DNA from: PVC group bacterium
Lineage (GTDB): Bacteria > Omnitrophota > Gorgyraeia > B26-G9
Direction: 5' to 3'
Assembly (NCBI GenBank): GCA_024231215.1
Contig: JAAEQR010000034.1
Span: 12,668-76,667, forward strand
Length of the DNA: 64,000 bases
Positions 58,437 to 64,000 of the stretch are shown here, in pieces; within the stretch, counting starts at the first letter, position 1; the number at the start of each line of letters is the position of its first letter. Both the position numbers and the translations under genes were made by a program. The notes below the pieces were generated by a model, which was not told where the DNA came from, made no database searches, and saw only the letters and a program-made list of their open reading frames with translations.

Positions 58437-58910
58437 TTGGGAAGACCACAAAGTTATAATTACGAAATACAGATTGGAAGCAGTGCTGCTGCGGTAGTTT
58501 ACCCCGCTTCAATAGGAGAATTTGGAGAAGGGGAAGAAGGCCGGATCGATGTGGCGGATGGAGACAGACGTTATAAGATCAGAGATCAGATCTATGATAT
58601 TGGAGAGATAGAAGTAGTTGTTTATCTCAAAGCCGACATGAGGGAAGTTAATCTCATGGATCGTTGGGCTATAAGTGGTGATTCAGAAACGGTCTATATT
58701 CGTGCTAGAGGAGAAGGAAGAGATGATCCCAGCACTGGTGTTCCGGTTGGTGGAAGAACGATAATGGCTGAATGGGAACTTACAGATGTTGAGTGTGCCA
58801 TGGGTAAGAAGTCTCCTTTTGATAGAAACAGTAAAGCTGTTGATACCAAAAGATATACCCTTTTGCCGACAGAAGTTCTGAGGACTTATCCTGATCGACC
58901 AAATCCGTAA
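58437..58910 (+). CDS. Tail tube protein
   Basis: 157 aa after sheath; GGAGG RBS with TTG start. Confidence 0.7.
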   Translation: MGRPQSYNYEIQIGSSAAAVVYPASIGEFGEGEEGRIDVADGDRRYKIRDQIYDIGEIEVVVYLKADMREVNLMDRWAISGDSETVYIRARGEGRDDPSTGVPVGGRTIMAEWELTDVECAMGKKSPFDRNSKAVDTKRYTLLPTEVLRTYPDRPNP

Positions 58911-58950
58911 ATAGTTTTTAAATACAAAGAGCAAGTAACAAGGAGTTTTT

Positions 58951-59817
58951 ATGACGAAGGACAAAATTAGACTATATTTTGGTTTAACAAGGAATGAAGA
59001 ATGGTACAACTACGCAGAGATTTTCCCATGTGAAGGCGGAACTCTCGCGATGTTGGACACAGGGGACAAGACCGGGATTTCCCGGTTTAAGAAATTGGTT
59101 AAAGGTTCTGTTAAAACTTTATACTCAGAAGAGGGCAAGAGTTATAATCTTATCCCTGCTGACTACGGGGGTATAAGAGCCATTGATGCCTGGAAGATCG
59201 GATATGAACAGATTAAGATAACAACCGATGAAGAACACCCGATAATCCCGGAAAATTTCTTCTGCGAAGTTTGCAGTCGTCCAAACGAGGAAAGGTATAC
59301 TCCGGTAAGAGAAAGTTGGCAGAAACTTATTGATGACGGTTTAATCGATGAAGTTTTTTCTGATGACTCTTCCTGGAAGTTTGAAGTTAAGCTGGAGTGT
59401 CCCATAGTTGTTCCTCAAAGCCAGATTTCTGTAGGAGGAGAATTCGATACACTTATCATGCAACCAGTATCTCTTGACGATGTGATGCTCATACAAAAAG
59501 ATAATTTTGCGATGAGTACAGAAGCTAATCAAATATTTGCCACATGGGATATTGCTATTGTTAATGTGCCGGGTTTAAGTGACAGGGAATTAAATACCCT
59601 GAAGAGAACACCGGAATCCTTCTTTACAAAAACATATCTCGATCCAAAGAATTATGAGACCATGGAAAGAGCTATGGTGCAAAATGCTAAAGGTATTGAT
59701 GCTTCAGACAGAAAGGTTTACTGTAGCTATTGCGGGGGAGAAATCGGAGGTTATTTGGATCAAACAAATTTTTTCTCTCCCTTGTTGCCGAAGCCATTTT
59801 CCCGAAAAGGCATGTAA
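58951..59817 (+). CDS. Tail assembly chaperone (G)
   Basis: Between tube and tape measure; CxxC pairs; ends near NFF slippery site. Confidence 0.7.
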   Translation: MTKDKIRLYFGLTRNEEWYNYAEIFPCEGGTLAMLDTGDKTGISRFKKLVKGSVKTLYSEEGKSYNLIPADYGGIRAIDAWKIGYEQIKITTDEEHPIIPENFFCEVCSRPNEERYTPVRESWQKLIDDGLIDEVFSDDSSWKFEVKLECPIVVPQSQISVGGEFDTLIMQPVSLDDVMLIQKDNFAMSTEANQIFATWDIAIVNVPGLSDRELNTLKRTPESFFTKTYLDPKNYETMERAMVQNAKGIDASDRKVYCSYCGGEIGGYLDQTNFFSPLLPKPFSRKGM

Positions 59818-60092
59818 GAAGCGATGTGATATTTTATCCATCCATCGGGAACAAGGGATATCCGTACACGGACTGGAGAACGAATAACTGGGAATTTTCG
59901 TGTGAGTTTTTAGAGGATGTGTCTGAACGATATAAACATATTTGCCGGATATTGAGGATCAAGTATCACTGGCCTCCGGACATTGTTGACAACATTAAAA
60001 TAAAAAGATTATTAAGGATTTTTGAAGAAACGATGGAAGATTTTACGATAAAAGACCCCGACACGGGTGAAGAAAAGTTCATGTTAGACTGA
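59769..60092 (+). CDS. Tail chaperone -1 frameshift extension (GT)
   Basis: T TTT TTC at 59769-59775; -1 frame open to 60092. Confidence 0.65.
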   Translation, partial: FFLSLVAEAIFPKRHVRSDVIFYPSIGNKGYPYTDWRTNNWEFSCEFLEDVSERYKHICRILRIKYHWPPDIVDNIKIKRLLRIFEETMEDFTIKDPDTGEEKFMLD

Positions 60093-60108
60093 TCTTAAGA
60101 GGTTATGA

Positions 60109-61872
60109 TTGAATATTCTAAAAGGATTTGCTAAAGACATAGTTATTCGCTTTACCGCAGACACCGCCCGATTAACTCAGGGGCTCAATAAAGTGAAACA
60201 AGAGATAAGGGGATTACAGGCCCCCATCCCCCCTACCGGAATTAGACCGCAAGGAATCTCGGTCGTAGGTGGTGTTGTTGGAGGCGCCCTGGGAATGGGG
60301 GGTATTGGTCAAACTGCAATAAAGAAAAGTGCGATTGAAAAAGAAGCTAAAGAGGCCAGTGCTGCATTAAAAAGTACATCCGACCGTTTTGCTACTTTAC
60401 GACAGGGTTTAAATTCTTCTCTCTTACCATTAGGTCAATTCTCCGGGTTATTAAGAGCCCTACCAGGGTGGCTTAAAGTCGCGATTGTGGGGATAGTAGG
60501 CCTTAAAAAGACCTTCCATTACGGCAGTATAATTGAACAATCCAAAATGGTTCTCGAAAGTATATACGGAAATGAAGCCCAGGCAGTGAGGACTATTAAA
60601 GGGATGAGAGATTTTTCCCGGAGAACCCAATTTTTACCGGAAACCATCGTTGGCGGAACTACAATGCTGGCTAAATACGGTGTCAACCCGTTTGAGAAGA
60701 ATACTTACGGATTAAAGGGGGGTAAAACGGCAATGGATTTGATGGCGGGTTTAGCTGCCATGCCGGGAATGGGGGGACAACCGATTGGTTTAGACAGGGC
60801 GGTTAACGCTGCCATTGCTGGTCGAGATATACGACCTCTAAAAGCCCTTGGCCCGGAAGTATTAGCTGCCTACCAAAAAGCGAGAGATGCTGGCATATCA
60901 GGATCTCCCGAATATATAAGGGTTATGTTAACCGAGTTAGCAAAACTACCGAAGATATTAAGACTGGCTAATGCCCAGATGTTTACTATGTCCGGTATGT
61001 GGTCTACCATTACAGGTTTCGCGGAAGAGATCTTTATGGATATAGCTGGCGCAGGACAACGAGAAGGTGTATTAACCTTTTGGTCTCAATTAAAAGAAAT
61101 ATTATTTGAAATAAGAACTGCTGGTGAAAGTTTTATAATAAGTATGCAGCCATTCTTTCAGCAATTTGGAGTTTTTCTTGGTGTAGGTTTTAAAGCAGTC
61201 TTCGAAGTAATAAAGTCTGCTTTTATAATCCTGGCGCCGTTCTTTAGTATATTAAAAGAAGTCTTAAAAATCTTTTTCCAGATAGGAACATTTTTAGGTC
61301 AGACGTTTATAAAAACCTTAAAGTTCTTAATGGAAGTAATAGGGAAAGCTTTTGAAATTTTTGGGGCGAATGGTTTTGTAACAAGAGCTATTGATATGCT
61401 GTACCAATTTTCAATAGGTCTACAAGTAACCTTTAAGTTCTGGGGTCTTTATATAGATTGGCTTTTCTTAAAAATTTCTAATAACTTAGATGGGATTTTT
61501 GCGAAATTCAAGTTGTTTAAGCCTTTGTGGGAAGGGTTCCAAACCATTGGGAGGTTTATGTCCCCGACATTTAATCAAGCGATAATGGAAGGTGCTGACC
61601 CTAAATATAAAGAGGAAAGTGAAAAGGCAAGAGAGCAGAACTGGGAGACTTTAACTGACATTTATAAATGGATTGACGATAAACATAAAGCGCTAGATGA
61701 GATGTCAGGTGGCTTTAATAAATTAAATGTTACCGAAAAGAATATTGAAAAAGTTTCAAAAGGGATAAGAGATGGGATAGGGGATCTTGTTGAGTATTTT
61801 ACTGGCGGAACAGTTGCTCCTATTTCAGCACCAGTAAACCCAAGCAATGCCCCAGGAGGAGAAAAGCAATGA
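60109..61872 (+). CDS. Tape measure protein
   Basis: Ala/Gly-rich helical, T..G.WST..G motif, Phe/Ile repeats. Confidence 0.8.
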   Translation: MNILKGFAKDIVIRFTADTARLTQGLNKVKQEIRGLQAPIPPTGIRPQGISVVGGVVGGALGMGGIGQTAIKKSAIEKEAKEASAALKSTSDRFATLRQGLNSSLLPLGQFSGLLRALPGWLKVAIVGIVGLKKTFHYGSIIEQSKMVLESIYGNEAQAVRTIKGMRDFSRRTQFLPETIVGGTTMLAKYGVNPFEKNTYGLKGGKTAMDLMAGLAAMPGMGGQPIGLDRAVNAAIAGRDIRPLKALGPEVLAAYQKARDAGISGSPEYIRVMLTELAKLPKILRLANAQMFTMSGMWSTITGFAEEIFMDIAGAGQREGVLTFWSQLKEILFEIRTAGESFIISMQPFFQQFGVFLGVGFKAVFEVIKSAFIILAPFFSILKEVLKIFFQIGTFLGQTFIKTLKFLMEVIGKAFEIFGANGFVTRAIDMLYQFSIGLQVTFKFWGLYIDWLFLKISNNLDGIFAKFKLFKPLWEGFQTIGRFMSPTFNQAIMEGADPKYKEESEKAREQNWETLTDIYKWIDDKHKALDEMSGGFNKLNVTEKNIEKVSKGIRDGIGDLVEYFTGGTVAPISAPVNPSNAPGGEKQ

Positions 61873-62504
61873 GTGAAAAAGGAGGACACGCAATAATAAT
61901 AAACACTTCTAACTGGATGCCATTCATCTTCCAGTTTAACCCGGAATCGATTGAAACAAAGAAAAAGATCAGTTACGCAACTGCTCCGAACATTGGTGGC
62001 TCTTCCAAGAAAAAATATTTTTCAGGGTTTGACGCTAAAGAAATAAGTTTTACTATAAAATGTGTAGATAAAGAAAGTGCTACTGGAGTGATGGGGGAGA
62101 TTTCTTACTTTGAACAATTAAGAGAGCCTGATCCGGGTTTACTTGGTATTGCTAATTCATTCTGGGGAAATGAAAATTATCCCCCTCCCCAAGTTCTATT
62201 CCAGTTTGGAGTGAGTTTTATCCCTTTGTTCTGGGATGTAATTAGTGTAAATATAACTGAAGATCATTTCCATTCCGGAATGGTCAGGGGGATGTTAGGA
62301 TTCCCTAAAGTTTGTGAAGTGGAAATATCTCTTTCTTTAGACGAAGATGGCATTTTTAATAAAGCGAACCAAGTGGCGAAGAAAGCTGCTGTAATCGCAG
62401 CCACTGCCAAGTCTACAGTGAGAGAAACTAAAACCCTACTTGGTAGGGGCTCTACACGGAGAGAAATACCTCCGTATAAAATTCCAATTCCTCCAAAATG
62501 GTAA
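61869..62504 (+). CDS. Tail tube initiator / baseplate protein
   Basis: FQFNPESI, PPQVLFQFG. Confidence 0.7.
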   Translation: MSEKGGHAIIINTSNWMPFIFQFNPESIETKKKISYATAPNIGGSSKKKYFSGFDAKEISFTIKCVDKESATGVMGEISYFEQLREPDPGLLGIANSFWGNENYPPPQVLFQFGVSFIPLFWDVISVNITEDHFHSGMVRGMLGFPKVCEVEISLSLDEDGIFNKANQVAKKAAVIAATAKSTVRETKTLLGRGSTRREIPPYKIPIPPKW

Positions 62505-62510
62505 AATATT

Positions 62511-62780
62511 ATGTTAAGATGGGAAACTGTAGAAGAAAAAGAACTGTATGGCTTAACTGTTAGACTGTATAGAGATCCATTTGTGGCAAGAGATACTGTC
62601 CAGGCTGGTTTAAAGAATTTAGAATTAGATCATTATGCTTACAAATTTCTTGGTAGTGAACTCTATACATATAAGATATTAAACACGAACTTTACAAAGT
62701 TTATAGAAGAACGGGGAGATGTAGATCGTTTAGGAGATTTGGGAATCCCGGTTGAGGCCGATTCAAGGACAACATTTTAA
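62511..62780 (+). CDS. Tail X / LysM-like baseplate protein
   Basis: LDHYAYKFLG...KIL..N. Confidence 0.6.
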   Translation: MLRWETVEEKELYGLTVRLYRDPFVARDTVQAGLKNLELDHYAYKFLGSELYTYKILNTNFTKFIEERGDVDRLGDLGIPVEADSRTTF

Positions 62781-64000
62781 TGGCAATAATGGAAAAATTG
62801 GGAGGGTTAGTCCGCAACGTAAATGCTCTCGGTTCTCGCAGTGGAATGGTTTCATGGAAAATAAAAATCCATGATGAAGATTTTACTAAAATTCTTGGGC
62901 CGTATGTTAACGGGATAACAGTAAAACGAAGACTCTTCCCTGCAAAAAAGAGTGAATCCAGTTTCCCTTATGAAGCGACAATCGAAATTATCTCTAACAG
63001 TTATGTAGAACATACTTTTACAGAGGGCTGCTCTATAAAAATATACCTCGGGTATAGTTCAATGCTGACTGAAAAGGATTTAGTTTTTAAAGGGGAAATG
63101 ATAACTTACCCAAGCGGTGAAGCCAAAGAGATGTTGCGGTACACTATCAAGGCGTATGGCGCTGGTGATGCGGGGATGTTCCTTACTGAAAAGAATAAAA
63201 CCTTTTTAGGAAAAACAAAGAGTATGATCGTGAAAGAAATAATGGCTAATTATCCTGATTATGAATCTACCGTTGAAATAAAAAAAGATGTTGTTATTTC
63301 CGGGAAGTATTCTCCCGGGCAAGAAGGGGAAACTGACTTTGTACTTTTAGGGAACATGGCAAAGAAGTGGGGATGCGTTTGCTGGTTTGAATTCCCTAAC
63401 AAATTTTATTTTGTAGATGCGGCAAAGGCTCATGACTACAATACCCCGTATAAGTTAGGTTATAGGACAGATCAGGCGGAATGTAATGTAGAAAGTGTGA
63501 ACTGGAAACATAATCCCAGTAGGGCAGCAGAATCATTTAACCCGGGATCAAAAGGTCTCGGAGAAGGCGGAGATTCAACTGATCCAGATTCTTATAAAAT
63601 TGATGCTTATGGACACACTTGGACTTTGAAAGAGATGTTCGCAAAGACATTGGATAAGAATAACCCTAACTTTGGAGAGTTCGCTAGGATATATGGTTCT
63701 GTAGCTTCGAAATTAACTGTTAATTGGCAGGGTTATATAGCATTAAAACTTTTTTACAGAAAAATGTCCGATGATCCAACTGGGGCAAGAGCCTCAGATA
63801 GTGATGATTCAGGATGGGAAATACGGGTTAAGTTAAATGATGGAGATCCTGGCGCAATACCCCCATTTAATGCGGAATTATATTATGAATCCATAAACCC
63901 AAAAGCCAATCATTCGGATCTGCCATACTTTATTCATTTTTACTCAGGAGCAAAGTTGCCGTACATTCAGTTAAAAGTAAACGAAACAGTTCTTACTTAT
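62780..64000 (+). CDS. Baseplate hub (late control gpD-like), partial
   Basis: Manual translation: IKIYLGY, VFKG, QEGETDFVLLGNMAKKWG; appears to run off window end. Confidence 0.75.
   Translation, partial: MAIMEKLGGLVRNVNALGSRSGMVSWKIKIHDEDFTKILGPYVNGITVKRRLFPAKKSESSFPYEATIEIISNSYVEHTFTEGCSIKIYLGYSSMLTEKDLVFKGEMITYPSGEAKEMLRYTIKAYGAGDAGMFLTEKNKTFLGKTKSMIVKEIMANYPDYESTVEIKKDVVISGKYSPGQEGETDFVLLGNMAKKWGCVCWFEFPNKFYFVDAAKAHDYNTPYKLGYRTDQAECNVESVNWKHNPSRAAESFNPGSKGLGEGGDSTDPDSYKIDAYGHTWTLKEMFAKTLDKNNPNFGEFARIYGSVASKLTVNWQGYIALKLFYRKMSDDPTGARASDSDDSGWEIRVKLNDGDPGAIPPFNAELYYESINPKANHSDLPYFIHFYSGAKLPYIQLKVNETVLTY

Noticed and set aside
1-64000. tRNA genes and stop-codon reassignment
   Set aside because: No cloverleaf with a T-loop consensus was recognised by eye; genes are full length and densely packed under the standard code.
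60109-64000. Bacterial contractile injection system or tailocin
   Set aside because: Capsid, portal, terminase and replication genes show this is a phage.

Overview
This 64-kb window is part of a large tailed dsDNA bacteriophage, probably a myovirus, with two divergent arms. The left arm (1-27.7 kb, all minus strand) carries replication and recombination genes: RecA, a gp32-like SSB, a UvsY-like mediator, DnaE fused to a family-4 uracil-DNA glycosylase, a DnaB-like helicase, an initiator, primase, a SNF2 helicase and three DNA methyltransferases. It ends in an AT-rich early region of small genes separated by repeated double-hairpin spacers. A repeat-rich, largely non-coding divergence zone lies at about 27.7-29.2 kb and may be a terminus or origin. 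The right arm (all plus strand) holds small genes, a 10-kb branched/dideoxy-sugar biosynthesis and glycosyltransferase cluster, and then the terminase, portal, head, neck, contractile tail and baseplate genes. In the sugar cluster a YerE-like ThDP enzyme is split into three genes at its domain boundaries. The most striking unexplained structure is at 7.76-9.54 kb: nine copies of a ~45-bp attC-like site in both orientations, mostly alternating. Its TAAT/ATTA core is either the stop codon of a gene or an in-frame Leu codon inside a gene, dividing small ORFs into hairpin-flanked N- and C-terminal modules that appear shuffled. All protein calls come from motif recognition by eye; no database searches were run.
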